DNA from: Patescibacteria group bacterium
GTDB taxonomy: Bacteria > Patescibacteriota > Patescibacteriia > UBA9934
Direction of reading: 5' to 3'
Assembly (NCBI GenBank): GCA_041666145.1
Contig: JBAYHK010000002.1
Span: 260-64,259 of the forward strand
DNA: 64,000 bases
Shown here: positions 18,799 to 28,343 of the stretch, in pieces
Position numbering within the stretch: the stretch's first letter is position 1
Layout: each line of letters begins with the position of its first letter
Notes under the pieces: model-generated
The model's database searches: none
Told to the model about the DNA's origin: nothing
What the model saw: only the letters and a program-made list of their open reading frames with translations
Program-made: the position numbers and the translations under genes

Positions 18799-19581
18799 TT
18801 ATAGCACGATCGCTTCTTGATTCTTTAGCGGCAAAGAAGCAGGACACCCTACTCCGTCACCTGCAACAATCCATTCTCCAACAACGGTAAAAACAACCTG
18901 AGTCTGAACATCGTTTACGAGTACATTCATCGTCTGTGCGAAAGAAGAATATTCTGTTCGGTCTCCCGCCCCAATTCGTCCGCCGCATCCTCCAATAATT
19001 CTTGTCTCTGGCCACATTACCGGAACGCCATTTGGCAAAGTATACGAAGTTAACAATCGATATCCTCTAGTGCCCACGGGAGACTTAGCACGTAACGCAT
19101 CTTGTGCTGTTAATAACGACGGCACAAAAGCATCAGGAATAACCCCAAGCGCAAAATCACCGAGCGACAGCACTTCAACAGCAAGAACGTCATGAGTATC
19201 CGCAACAACACTTGGAATTGACACCCACATACCAATTGAAGAATTCCATTGGTACACAACGGTCGCTTCCAAAGTTCCAAGATCCGCACGCTTTGCGAAT
19301 GAGAGCACGATTGGCGCATCGAGCGGAACATCGCTAGGCTCAATCCTATAGACGAGTCCAAGCAACGGATCGCCGATCGTTGCAGAAGTATCGACAGCAA
19401 CGGAGATATGCTGAGCCGTTCGCGCGAGTCCAGTAACACTCACTGCGCCGTCATCACTCCGCAAAGCTTGAGCCTCTGGAACATTCATCACAACAAACGC
19501 TCCTGCGAAGAGCATGAGCGCGAAAATAAACGCGAAAGAAGCAAAATGAAAACGTTGCATACAGAAAGTATACAACGTCAT
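18799..19581 (-). CDS. Hypothetical secreted protein (signal peptide)
   Basis: N-terminal FAFIFALMLFAGAFVVMNVPEAQA looks like a signal peptide. The remainder is beta-rich. No family recognised. Confidence 0.5.
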   Translation of the reverse strand: MTLYTFCMQRFHFASFAFIFALMLFAGAFVVMNVPEAQALRSDDGAVSVTGLARTAQHISVAVDTSATIGDPLLGLVYRIEPSDVPLDAPIVLSFAKRADLGTLEATVVYQWNSSIGMWVSIPSVVADTHDVLAVEVLSLGDFALGVIPDAFVPSLLTAQDALRAKSPVGTRGYRLLTSYTLPNGVPVMWPETRIIGGCGGRIGAGDRTEYSSFAQTMNVLVNDVQTQVVFTVVGEWIVAGDGVGCPASLPLKNQEAIVL

Positions 19582-19588
19582 GCATTTA

Positions 19589-20632
19589 TTATGTTATTGA
19601 TTCAATGTCTTCCCATGGCAATCCTGGACGGCCGAACATGCCGTACATTGCGCAACCTGCATAGATTGGACGACGAAGACCTAAACATTCAACGATCGCC
19701 TCAGGACGAAAGTCAAAACGCTTTTTAACAACATCAGTTAAGTCATCTCCATTCCCAGATCGAGCAGAAATCACAAGCGGCTCGGCAATGCCTAATGAAT
19801 ACATCGCAGTAATAAGAACATTCGAAGCAAGTCCTTCTGATACAAGCATCTTTGCAGCATAGCGCGCCATGTATGTCCCAGCACGTCCTGGTTTTAAGGG
19901 ATCTTTTCCCGCTAATCCCATTCCTCCATGGGGCAATAACCCTCCGTAAGAATCTGCAAGAACCTTTCGTCCAGATACGCCAGCGTTTGCACCAAATCCT
20001 CCTTGAGTAAATGAGCCTCCAGAATTCACAAGCATGATGACATCGTCAACCGATGGAAGCGAGGGAGATATAGCCTCTGCAACAATCTGCGACTGTACAA
20101 TCGAAAGTTCGATCGAGGGGTCATGTTCAACAATCACCGTAACCGCACGAACGCGATCGCCATCTGTCGCAATCTGTACCTTTCCATCTGGTCGTAACCA
20201 TGAAAATCTCTGGTCACTCTTTCGAAGCTCATCAATGCGTCGAGCAATGACGTTTGCGTATACCACGGCACGCGGCAACATCTCTCGCGTTTCCTTCGTT
20301 GCATAACCATGAACAATTGCTGTTCCCTGAGCGCCGCCACGCACCATGGTTCTTGCATGGTCTTCGGTTGGCTTGTCTAGATTTACAAAAACTTCAATCT
20401 GATCTGTATATCCAGCAGCAAGATATACCGACTTTCCAAGTGCAGCAGCGTCAAAATCTGCACGAGAGTCAACGACACCACCAAGCATGACCATGCCATT
20501 GCTCCCAAGCGCCTGAACATCCATGCGAGTTAATGCATCACGACGCAAATACTCATCGACCACCGATTCTACAATCTGATCGCAGACTTTATCTGGATGT
20601 CCGGCAAGCGGCGCTTCAACAACTTTGAGCAT
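19589..20632 (-). CDS. metK: S-adenosylmethionine synthetase
   Basis: GHPDKVCDQI and GGGAFSGKDPTK-like GGMGLAGKDPLKPGRAGTYMARYAAK blocks. Start refined to MLKVVEAPLAGHPDK. Confidence 0.85.
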   Translation of the reverse strand: MLKVVEAPLAGHPDKVCDQIVESVVDEYLRRDALTRMDVQALGSNGMVMLGGVVDSRADFDAAALGKSVYLAAGYTDQIEVFVNLDKPTEDHARTMVRGGAQGTAIVHGYATKETREMLPRAVVYANVIARRIDELRKSDQRFSWLRPDGKVQIATDGDRVRAVTVIVEHDPSIELSIVQSQIVAEAISPSLPSVDDVIMLVNSGGSFTQGGFGANAGVSGRKVLADSYGGLLPHGGMGLAGKDPLKPGRAGTYMARYAAKMLVSEGLASNVLITAMYSLGIAEPLVISARSGNGDDLTDVVKKRFDFRPEAIVECLGLRRPIYAGCAMYGMFGRPGLPWEDIESIT

Positions 20633-20675
20633 AAAAAGATGAATGGAGACTAACACAAAATGATTATCCACACCA

Positions 20676-20716
20676 AAGTGCTTGCGTTCGTTTTTCGTTC
20701 GGTTATGATACGAACA
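20676..20716. promoter_or_regulatory. Candidate LexA operators: direct-repeat GTTC-N7-GTTC at 20676-20690 and its reverse complement GAAC-N7-GAAC at 20702-20716
   Basis: cGTTCgtttttcGTTCg and cGAACataagacGAACg in the 98-bp divergent metK-lexA intergenic region, ~15 nt upstream of the lexA ATG. The pattern matches the alphaproteobacterial-type direct-repeat SOS box. This is inference. Confidence 0.4.
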
Positions 20717-20730
20717 TAAGACGAACGACT

Positions 20731-21354
20731 ATGCTTCCACCGCTCACAAAAAAACAACGCGAAGTCCTGGACTGCATTGAAGGTTTTGTAAAAAATAATG
20801 GGTACACTCCGTCATATCGTGAAATAGCGGAACATCTCGGATTGTCGTCACCAGCAACAGTGCATCAACACATTAAAACACTTTGCGAAAAAGGGATTAT
20901 CAACACTGGAGACCACGGCTCAGCACGATCAATAGAACTCGTCGAAACAGAACCAATGTCACCTCTCGCGATCATGCTTCCACTTGCTGGCCTCATTACT
21001 GCAGGTGAACCAATAGAAGCAATCGAAAACAACGAAGCCATGGCGGTTCCTGCAGATTTCGTCATCGATCCAATGAACTCATACATTCTCAAAGTGAAAG
21101 GGCGATCAATGATTGAAGATGGCATTTTCGATGGTGACTACGTTATCGTCGAACGGAATCCCTCTCCGAAAAATGGAGACATCGTCGTCGCGCTACTAGA
21201 CAATGCATACGCAACACTCAAACGTTTTTATAGAGAGTCTGATCATATCCGTCTCCAGCCCGCAAACAGCACCATGCAACCAATCATCGTCAAAGGCGAT
21301 CTCAACATTCAAGGCATTGTACGTGCAGTAATGCGACGTTTTTCAACAACATAA
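20731..21354 (+). CDS. lexA: LexA repressor
   Basis: N-terminal wHTH (LTKKQREVLDCIEGFVKNNGYTPSYREIAEHLGLSSPATVHQHI), Ala-Gly cleavage site (ITAGEP), and S24 peptidase Ser/Lys (KVKGRSMIEDGIFDGDYVIV, ATLKRF). Confidence 0.85.
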   Translation: MLPPLTKKQREVLDCIEGFVKNNGYTPSYREIAEHLGLSSPATVHQHIKTLCEKGIINTGDHGSARSIELVETEPMSPLAIMLPLAGLITAGEPIEAIENNEAMAVPADFVIDPMNSYILKVKGRSMIEDGIFDGDYVIVERNPSPKNGDIVVALLDNAYATLKRFYRESDHIRLQPANSTMQPIIVKGDLNIQGIVRAVMRRFSTT

Positions 21355-21539
21355 TTCATAGATTTTCTTCCTATGAACGCCATTTCGCTTCGTCACTACA
21401 ACGTGACGGTTGCTTATCGCACCTCAGCTTTCAATTCCACAAGAAGCGAGCTCGTAAAACGGATTAAATTCTTTCTCAACCGCCGACGGTTCCGCAAACA
21501 CTTTCGCACTCTTTTCTATTCACGACTCTCAACCTCGGT

Positions 21540-21851
21540 ATGAATCTTACAGAAATAGCGGAAAAACTTCAGCGCGTTGACGATGCGTATCACAAGGAAT
21601 TCAATATCTCACCAGCAGAAAATGATTGGTTTCTTCTCAAACTTCAGGAAGAACTCGGAGAACTCACTCAAGCATATTTGAATACTACAGGGCGCAATCG
21701 TCGATCTCCAGAATCTGAAGAACAGGGCAAACGCGCACTCGCTCAAGAAATTGCAGATGTTACTTCTTATCTTCTTCTCTTCGCGGAACGAATAGATATC
21801 GATGTCGAGAAAGCAATTCAGGAAAAATGGTTCACCTATTTACATGAGTAA
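21540..21851 (+). CDS. MazG-like nucleotide pyrophosphohydrolase domain protein
   Basis: 103 aa all-alpha. LQEELGELTQAY and EIADVTSYLLLFAE resemble the MazG/HisE EExxE...D motif. Confidence 0.65.
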   Translation: MNLTEIAEKLQRVDDAYHKEFNISPAENDWFLLKLQEELGELTQAYLNTTGRNRRSPESEEQGKRALAQEIADVTSYLLLFAERIDIDVEKAIQEKWFTYLHE

Positions 21852-22057
21852 TATTTTCTATGCGCATCACAAGGAGGAACAAGACTCGATTCAGCTTTTC
21901 ACTTCCTGAAATTTTAACCACCCGCCATAGCAAAGGTCTCCAACGCTCTCGCACACGAGCAAGAACGTACGAAAACCAACTCCGTCTTCCGCTTGCGCTG
22001 TTGAATCGGTGAAGATCGAGTCTCGTCATTTCATATCCTCCCTCTGTCTCCTCTCCA

Positions 22058-22137
22058 ATAGGCGGGGCTCCCATGCCCCGCATAAGAGATCAATATTTTC
22101 TCGATCATAAAAAGCGGGGCATGGGAGCCCCGCCTAT
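22058..22137. repeat. Inverted pair of the 26-nt GC hairpin repeat (copies 2 and 3), forming a bidirectional terminator between the MazG-like gene and eno
   Basis: ATAGGCGGGGCTCCCATGCCCCGC (22058-22081), a 30-bp spacer, then AAGCGGGGCATGGGAGCCCCGCCTAT (22112-22137) followed by TTTTT. On the minus strand the second copy reads as a hairpin plus CTTTTTAT after the eno stop. Confidence 0.6.
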
Positions 22138-22160
22138 TTTTCTACCTCCTCCGACTCTCC

Positions 22161-23420
22161 CTACACCTCCTCTTCAATCTCCAACAACCGATTGTACTTA
22201 CACAAACGTTCAGATCGTGATGGTGCTCCAGCTTTAATAAACTCAGCATTCACCGCAACGGCAATATCAGCAATCGAAGTATCAACGGTTTCTCCTGATC
22301 GATGCGAGATAACAACCTTATATCCGTTCTCTCTCGCAAGACCGATTGTTTCGATTGTTTCAGACAATGTTCCAATTTGATTTGGCTTAATAAGAATCGC
22401 ATTCGCTACACCAAGATCGATTCCGCGCTGTAGCCGTTCAACATTTGTCACAAAAAGATCGTCGCCGATGAGTAGCATCTTTTTTCCGAGCCGTTTTGTC
22501 ATCTCTCCCCAATCAGCCCAAGCGTCTTCCGCAAGACCATCCTCAATAGAAATCATTGGATACTTTTTGCTCCAAACCTCATACAGGTCGATCATCTGTT
22601 TCGCGGTGCACTTTCGACGATCCGTCGACAGCTCATACTTCTTTGTTTTCTCATTAAAAAATTCGCTTGCGGCAACATCAATACCAAAACCAATCTCTTT
22701 TCCAAGTTTATATTTCGCTTTCCTTACTGCCTCAACAAGATATTCAAGAGCGGATTCAGTCTTGCCCACATCTGGCGCATATCCACCTTCGTTTCCAACA
22801 TCGGTATCAAGATTGTCAGCATGAAGCACGTCGCCAAGCATATGAAAAATTTCGCTCCCCGCTTGGAGTTTACGAGAGAATGTTGAAAAACCGTGAGGAA
22901 TAATAATGAACTCTTGCATGTCCAAATTCGTATCTGCATGACGACCACCATTAAAAACATTCAACAGCGGCGTAGGGAGTGCAAACTTCTTCAACCGGAT
23001 ATCAAATACTTCTCTAAGGTATGCGTAAAGTGGAGTTTTTGCCCGACGAGCACCGGCATGCGCAACTGCAAGAGAAATGCCAAGAATCGCATTTGCGCCA
23101 AGTCGATGCTTGTCTAAAGTTCCGTCAATAACACAAAGAGCCTCGTCAATACCACGTTGATCTGCAACATCACGCCTATGCATTGCAGGACCAAGAATTT
23201 CATTTACATTTCGAATCGCTTTTTTCACGCCAAGCCCTCGATATCGTGTTTTATCACCATCACGCAGCTCACATGCCTCATGAACACCAGTCGAAGCACC
23301 ACTTGGCACAGATGCATGTCCACGCGTTCCGTCCTTTAGCATGACCGAAACATGAATAGTCGGATTCCCACGGGAATCCAAAATTTCATGTGCATGCACT
23401 GCATCAATGCGCTCAAGCAT
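22161..23420 (-). CDS. eno: Enolase
   Basis: MLERIDAVHAHEILDSRGNPTI and other canonical enolase blocks (SHRSGETVDTSIADIAVA, IKPNQIGTLSET). Confidence 0.95.
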   Translation of the reverse strand: MLERIDAVHAHEILDSRGNPTIHVSVMLKDGTRGHASVPSGASTGVHEACELRDGDKTRYRGLGVKKAIRNVNEILGPAMHRRDVADQRGIDEALCVIDGTLDKHRLGANAILGISLAVAHAGARRAKTPLYAYLREVFDIRLKKFALPTPLLNVFNGGRHADTNLDMQEFIIIPHGFSTFSRKLQAGSEIFHMLGDVLHADNLDTDVGNEGGYAPDVGKTESALEYLVEAVRKAKYKLGKEIGFGIDVAASEFFNEKTKKYELSTDRRKCTAKQMIDLYEVWSKKYPMISIEDGLAEDAWADWGEMTKRLGKKMLLIGDDLFVTNVERLQRGIDLGVANAILIKPNQIGTLSETIETIGLARENGYKVVISHRSGETVDTSIADIAVAVNAEFIKAGAPSRSERLCKYNRLLEIEEEV

Positions 23421-23441
23421 ATCCTCCTTTTATTATTTCAC

Positions 23442-24233
23442 TTACCGCAAACTGTATGTAACAAAAACTGTCAATTCAACATCTTGTGTTCCGGTTTCTA
23501 CAGGAGCAGAAGTTGACGCATCTGATTTCAAAGATGACTCCGCAATTCCATAAAACATCGGATACGAGCCTCCAACGCTTTCGCTATAGCTCACGGCACG
23601 ACCAAGGCGAGCTCCCATTGCAGAAGCAATTTCTTTTGCTTGTTTTTTTGCTTTTGCCATTGCTTCAACACGTGCCTCTTGCTGCACAGCAGTCTCATCA
23701 TCAATTTCATATCGTAATGATGATACTGACGTTGCACCATTCACCGGCCCAGCATCAAGTACGCTTGAAATAAGATCGGTATTTCGAATCTTCACCGTTA
23801 ATGTTTGTGAGGATTCGTATCCGGCTACTACAGGAGGAGTCTGATCGTAATCGTATGTCTCAGATGTAGTAAAAGAAGACGTCTTCATGTCTGCCTCTGG
23901 AACACCGAGTGCCTTTACCGCTTCAATAACCGCGGTCATAGCAATCGAAGCATTATTTTGTGCATCGACAGTTAAATCCGCAGTCTTTGTTACTGTTATA
24001 TCAACAGTCGCTATGTCTGGAACGGCACTCGCCTTTCCTGTTGCAGAAACAGAAATTGTTGGAGCCGACAATTCGGTAAAACCAACCGTTCGCGACTCCT
24101 GCATTGCGGTCTTAATCGTTATTCCCATCCAAATAATTCCGTATACCATCAAGATTCCAAGAAGAACTGTGAAAAGCTTATTCTCCTGCCACGTCGGCCA
24201 GATGCTGGTCGAATTTTTTTCCCACGAAGCCAT
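23442..24233 (-). CDS. SIMPL/DUF541-domain periplasmic protein with N-terminal TM anchor
   Basis: N-terminal TM. ATVDITVT and LTVKIRN beta-strand pattern plus Ala/Lys-rich helix (EARVEAMAKAKKQAKEIA), typical of the SIMPL family. Confidence 0.55.
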   Translation of the reverse strand: MASWEKNSTSIWPTWQENKLFTVLLGILMVYGIIWMGITIKTAMQESRTVGFTELSAPTISVSATGKASAVPDIATVDITVTKTADLTVDAQNNASIAMTAVIEAVKALGVPEADMKTSSFTTSETYDYDQTPPVVAGYESSQTLTVKIRNTDLISSVLDAGPVNGATSVSSLRYEIDDETAVQQEARVEAMAKAKKQAKEIASAMGARLGRAVSYSESVGGSYPMFYGIAESSLKSDASTSAPVETGTQDVELTVFVTYSLR

Positions 24234-24278
24234 AAAATATTGGTTAATATAAAAAAGTATAACACCGCATAAAATCTT

Positions 24279-25421
24279 TTATTCGAAAACTTCAAGTCCT
24301 GGCAACGCTTCTCCGCCAAGATACGCAAGCATTGCTCCGCCACCAGTAGAAACATGCGTAAACGAATTAGTGAGTCCAAATTCCTCAAGACACTCCACTG
24401 TTTCACCGCCACCAACGATCGATATGGCCTTTGTGTTTTTTGCGATCGCTCTTGCGATCGCTAAAGTTCCAGAGAATCCATCTTTTCTTTCCGTTATTCC
24501 AAGCGGCCCATTCCAAATAATCATTTTTGCCATTTTTATAGCGCGAACAAAACACTTCACCGTTTCTGGTCCAATATCTGGAATCGCATTCGTCGAAAGC
24601 ACCAAGTCACATGGAAGATAAATCTTTTTCCCAAATTTCTCAGCAATGTGCCTTGCTTCTTTTACATCAGTCGGCTGCGTAAATCTTGGCGCCTGCACCA
24701 AGAGCTTGCCCATACTTGCAGCAAGCATGGTCAATGACGCTCCACCACCAATCAAAATCTCATCTGCTTTTTTTCCAAATCGTTCAATAAGCGGAATTTT
24801 TGTTCCAATCTTTCCTCCGCCAATCACTAAAACAAATGGCTTCTTTGGCAGAATCGAAAGCGCATGAACTTCACGAACAACAAGCTCTCCAGCAAAACTT
24901 GGAAGATACTTTGTGACCGCAACAATCGACGCATGTTTTCGATGACAAACACCAAAAGCGTTGTTCACAAAAACATCACCACACATCGCAATCTGCTTCG
25001 CAAAAGCAGAATCATTCGTAGCTTCTCCAGCACTAAATCGTAAATTCTCAAGAAGGACAATTGCACCAGGGGCCATGCGCTCAATAACACGAATGGCATC
25101 TTCACCGGGAAGATGCGGAACAAATCGAACGGTCGTTTTTAATATCCGAGTAAATGCTCGAGCAATAGGAGCAAGAGAAAGCGCCTTCATTTTCTTTCCG
25201 TTTGGCTCACCAAGATGCGCAATGAGAACAATGCGTGCGCCACGAATACGAAGTCGTTCTATCTCTGCAACATTCGCACGTAGTCTATGAAGCCCATGAG
25301 AAGAAATTCTTCCTCCACGCATTGGAACGTTCGCGTCGATACGAAGCAAAACTCGATCGTCATGATGAATATCACGAAGGGTCCATGTTTTTATTCGTTT
25401 CGATAATGTCGCCTTTGGCAT
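24279..25421 (-). CDS. pgk: Phosphoglycerate kinase
   Basis: VLLRIDANVP, HLGEP, NLRF, VIGGGKIGTKI, IWNGPLG and GGG blocks. Confidence 0.95.
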   Translation of the reverse strand: MPKATLSKRIKTWTLRDIHHDDRVLLRIDANVPMRGGRISSHGLHRLRANVAEIERLRIRGARIVLIAHLGEPNGKKMKALSLAPIARAFTRILKTTVRFVPHLPGEDAIRVIERMAPGAIVLLENLRFSAGEATNDSAFAKQIAMCGDVFVNNAFGVCHRKHASIVAVTKYLPSFAGELVVREVHALSILPKKPFVLVIGGGKIGTKIPLIERFGKKADEILIGGGASLTMLAASMGKLLVQAPRFTQPTDVKEARHIAEKFGKKIYLPCDLVLSTNAIPDIGPETVKCFVRAIKMAKMIIWNGPLGITERKDGFSGTLAIARAIAKNTKAISIVGGGETVECLEEFGLTNSFTHVSTGGGAMLAYLGGEALPGLEVFE

Positions 25422-26637
25422 AGGTTTGAGAACCTTTTGTCATGCGTCGACATGCCTCCCAAAAAGGAAGTACGAGCAAGAAATAATGAAAATCAACGAC
25501 ACGACGAAGGATAGAAACAGTATACCCTGATACTGGTACGCCAAAAATTGAACCCAACGCATATTTATGACCTAAAGATATAATGACATCCCATTTTTTC
25601 TTGCTTTGATATTTTTGTAATGAACGACTACGGATCAATGCAACAATATTTTTTACAACAGTTTTCGATTGTCGGATTACCGCCTGCGCAGTCTGCGGAT
25701 CACCATTAGCATTATTCAAAATTGCACAATCTCCAAGCGCGAATATTGCAGGCTCACCCTCTACACGCAATGTGGAATCAACAAATATTCTTCCACGCTC
25801 ATTCGTACGAAATGAAAAGGAATGAATGCTTTCCGGAACCTTCACACCAAGCGTAACAACACAACAGTCAAACAACTCTGTATACGATTTCCCCTTATGA
25901 ATACCGCTTTCGATGGGCTGAAATGTAGCAATACCGTCTTGTAACTTCGTCAACGAAACCCCCATGTCGCATTGAACTCCAATGGCAGCCAAACGACGAA
26001 ATGCTCGTTTTTGGAGCATCGGCGAGAACATCATTAATGGCGCCGATGACGAATCCGCAAGTACCACATCAATCATCTTCTTTTGAAGAACGCCACGTTG
26101 AACAAGAGAACGAATCGCCGAAGCGACTTCAGCGGCGAACTCCGTCCCATTTGCACCAGCCCCAACAACAAGAAGCCTTGAACGCTTCCCGCGCTTAGCT
26201 CGAAGAATTATTGACGATAAACGTTCGTGAATACGAACTGCATCACTCGCCCGCTTTAAATCAAAAGCAAACGCCCCAACACCAGGAATCTGAAAATCAT
26301 TTGCAACACTTCCTAATGCACATACAAGAATATCGAACGGAACAGTCATCCCGTCAGCACACAACACGTGCCGATTTACACGATCGATCGACTCAATAAC
26401 ACCGTGACGATAGCGAATGCCGCGAATGCTAACTAAATCAATCTCACAATCTCGTACCAATGAGTTTTGAGAAATATCTCCAGCGAGCTCATGCAGCCAC
26501 GGCGTATAAACCGACTCAACATTCTGATCAATAATCGTAATCGCAATACAATCGCGAAGATGACAACGCAACAATCGTCGTGCAACGCAAAGTCCGCCAA
26601 AACCACCACCAAGAATAACTATCCGAGTTTGCGACAT
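25372..26637 (-). CDS. Type II NADH:quinone oxidoreductase-like FAD-dependent pyridine nucleotide-disulfide oxidoreductase (NDH-2-like)
   Basis: RIVILGGGFGG (FAD GxGxxG) and a second Rossmann LLVVGAGANGTEFAAEVA. 421 aa. Its 3' end overlaps the pgk start by 50 nt. Confidence 0.65.
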   Translation of the reverse strand: MSQTRIVILGGGFGGLCVARRLLRCHLRDCIAITIIDQNVESVYTPWLHELAGDISQNSLVRDCEIDLVSIRGIRYRHGVIESIDRVNRHVLCADGMTVPFDILVCALGSVANDFQIPGVGAFAFDLKRASDAVRIHERLSSIILRAKRGKRSRLLVVGAGANGTEFAAEVASAIRSLVQRGVLQKKMIDVVLADSSSAPLMMFSPMLQKRAFRRLAAIGVQCDMGVSLTKLQDGIATFQPIESGIHKGKSYTELFDCCVVTLGVKVPESIHSFSFRTNERGRIFVDSTLRVEGEPAIFALGDCAILNNANGDPQTAQAVIRQSKTVVKNIVALIRSRSLQKYQSKKKWDVIISLGHKYALGSIFGVPVSGYTVSILRRVVDFHYFLLVLPFWEACRRMTKGSQTYAKGDIIETNKNMDPS

Positions 26638-26640
26638 ATC

Positions 26641-27138
26641 TTATCCAAAAAGGAAACGAGTCACAGCACTCGGCTTACGCAAATTGCCGAGAATAATCGC
26701 GTTCAATCCGTACGCATGCCCAGCACCACCAGCAAGAAATAGGAAGAGAACAGCGGCATACACAGTCTGTTCGTTTATATATCCGTCTGCAGTATTCAAA
26801 GCAAAATGCGCCAAGTAATACAGAATCATCAATACAATTCCTAACAGCGCCGCAGGGCGCACAAGAAAACCGAAAAGAATAGCCAAACCAATACATATCA
26901 CTCCCCATGCATTGAATGCATCGACCATTCCGTTCCCAGCCAATGTATGAAACCAATCAGCAAATGGTCCGTTTGCCGCAAGTAAGTACGACTCCGCAGA
27001 CCAGTCTGTTGTAACCTTCACTAATCCACTAAAGAAAAATAATCCGCCCATCAAAAAACGCAAAACAAGATAGGCCACACCAAAACTCGCTTCATGAGTT
27101 CCGGCAGAAATCTTTCCCAAAATAGATTGGGTTTTCAT
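26641..27138 (-). CDS. DoxX-family membrane protein
   Basis: 165 aa with four TM helices. LVLRFLMGGLFFFSGLVKV is typical of DoxX. Confidence 0.7.
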   Translation of the reverse strand: MKTQSILGKISAGTHEASFGVAYLVLRFLMGGLFFFSGLVKVTTDWSAESYLLAANGPFADWFHTLAGNGMVDAFNAWGVICIGLAILFGFLVRPAALLGIVLMILYYLAHFALNTADGYINEQTVYAAVLFLFLAGGAGHAYGLNAIILGNLRKPSAVTRFLFG

Positions 27139-27147
27139 AGCAAGGCA

Positions 27148-28149
27148 TTACGTCCCAATCTGCATGCACAGCTCAACAAGACTATGCGAATACCCCCACT
27201 CGTTGTCATACCACGCAACAACTTTCACCAAATTGCCATCAACAACATTTGTAAGCAAAAGGTCGACGACTGCCGAATGTGAATCACCGATAAAATCAGA
27301 GGAAACAAGCGGCTCATTCGTGACACCAACAAGATCTTTGAATCGAGGAGTCTTCGATGCTGCAATAATCGCTGCATTCACCTCATCAATAGTCACATTC
27401 TTTTTAAGAAGGTATGTCATGTCAGAAAGCGAAACCGTCGGAACAGGAACTCGCACGGAGAGGCCGTCAAATTTTCCCTTCAATGACGGAATCGTTAATG
27501 CAACAGCAATCGCGGCACCGGTGGTTGTTGGAACAATGTTTTCTGCAGCAGCCCTTCCTTCTCTCAAGTCTTTCTTCGGAGCATCAACGAGAGATTGAGA
27601 TGCCGTATATCCGTGCACCGTTGTCATCATTGCCTTCTCAATTCCAAATGCTTCTTCAATAATCGCGCTTACCGGCGCAACGCAGTTCGTTGTACACGAG
27701 GCATTACTCAAAATCTTCGCCTTTTCACTCTTCAGCTTTCCATCATTCACGCTCATAACAAACGTCGGGATATTCCCGCCCTTTCCTGGCGCAGAAATCA
27801 CTACACGTTTCGCTCCCGCAGCAATGTGCACGCTCGCCTTTTCTTCTGTAACGAACAGCCCCGTTGATTCAATGACGATATCGATATCTAAATCTTTCCA
27901 CGGCAACTGTGCAGGATCTTTTTGCGCCAAAAGCTTGATTGTTTTTCCTCCAACAATTAACGAATCTTCTGTATGTGCAACATCAACGTTCCACGTTCCA
28001 TAATTCGTGTCATGTTTTAATAAGTACGCCAGTGTTGCAGCGTCAGTAAGATCATTTATTGCAATAACATCAAATCCTTTTTTCTCCCAGCCAACTTTAA
28101 AAACTGACCGTCCAATTCGACCAAAACCGTTGATGGCAATACGAGGCAT
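27148..28149 (-). CDS. gap: Glyceraldehyde-3-phosphate dehydrogenase
   Basis: RIAINGFGRIGR and SNASCTTNC (catalytic Cys), canonical GAPDH. Confidence 0.95.
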   Translation of the reverse strand: MPRIAINGFGRIGRSVFKVGWEKKGFDVIAINDLTDAATLAYLLKHDTNYGTWNVDVAHTEDSLIVGGKTIKLLAQKDPAQLPWKDLDIDIVIESTGLFVTEEKASVHIAAGAKRVVISAPGKGGNIPTFVMSVNDGKLKSEKAKILSNASCTTNCVAPVSAIIEEAFGIEKAMMTTVHGYTASQSLVDAPKKDLREGRAAAENIVPTTTGAAIAVALTIPSLKGKFDGLSVRVPVPTVSLSDMTYLLKKNVTIDEVNAAIIAASKTPRFKDLVGVTNEPLVSSDFIGDSHSAVVDLLLTNVVDGNLVKVVAWYDNEWGYSHSLVELCMQIGT

Positions 28150-28260
28150 AGATGCTCATATTTTAGCACGGAACATGAAACGAAAATCATGCATTGCCGT
28201 TCATTACTTTAGAAAAATTTTGTATCACAAAACCGAGCTTCGCAGCTCGGCTTTGGTCTG

Positions 28261-28286
28261 AAGCGGGGCATGGGAGCCCCGCCTAT
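28261..28286 (-). terminator. 26-nt GC hairpin repeat (copy 4), part of a tandem terminator for tsf
   Basis: AAGCGGGGCATGGGAGCCCCGCCTAT at 28261-28286. An adjacent second hairpin (ccgagcttcgcagctcgg) is followed by a T-run on the minus strand. It sits between the tsf stop (28344) and the gap start (28149). Confidence 0.6.
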
Positions 28287-28343
28287 GAATTGATAGTTCT
28301 ATTATCAAACAACTCGAGATTCAAACCTGGTAGTCATTCGAAC

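Noticed and set aside
17715-22083. ORFs 17715-17912 (+) and 21832-22083 (-), both encoding ...GMGAPPI...
   Set aside because: The shared peptide is the translation of the 26-nt GC hairpin repeat. These ORFs span intergenic terminators and are not genes.
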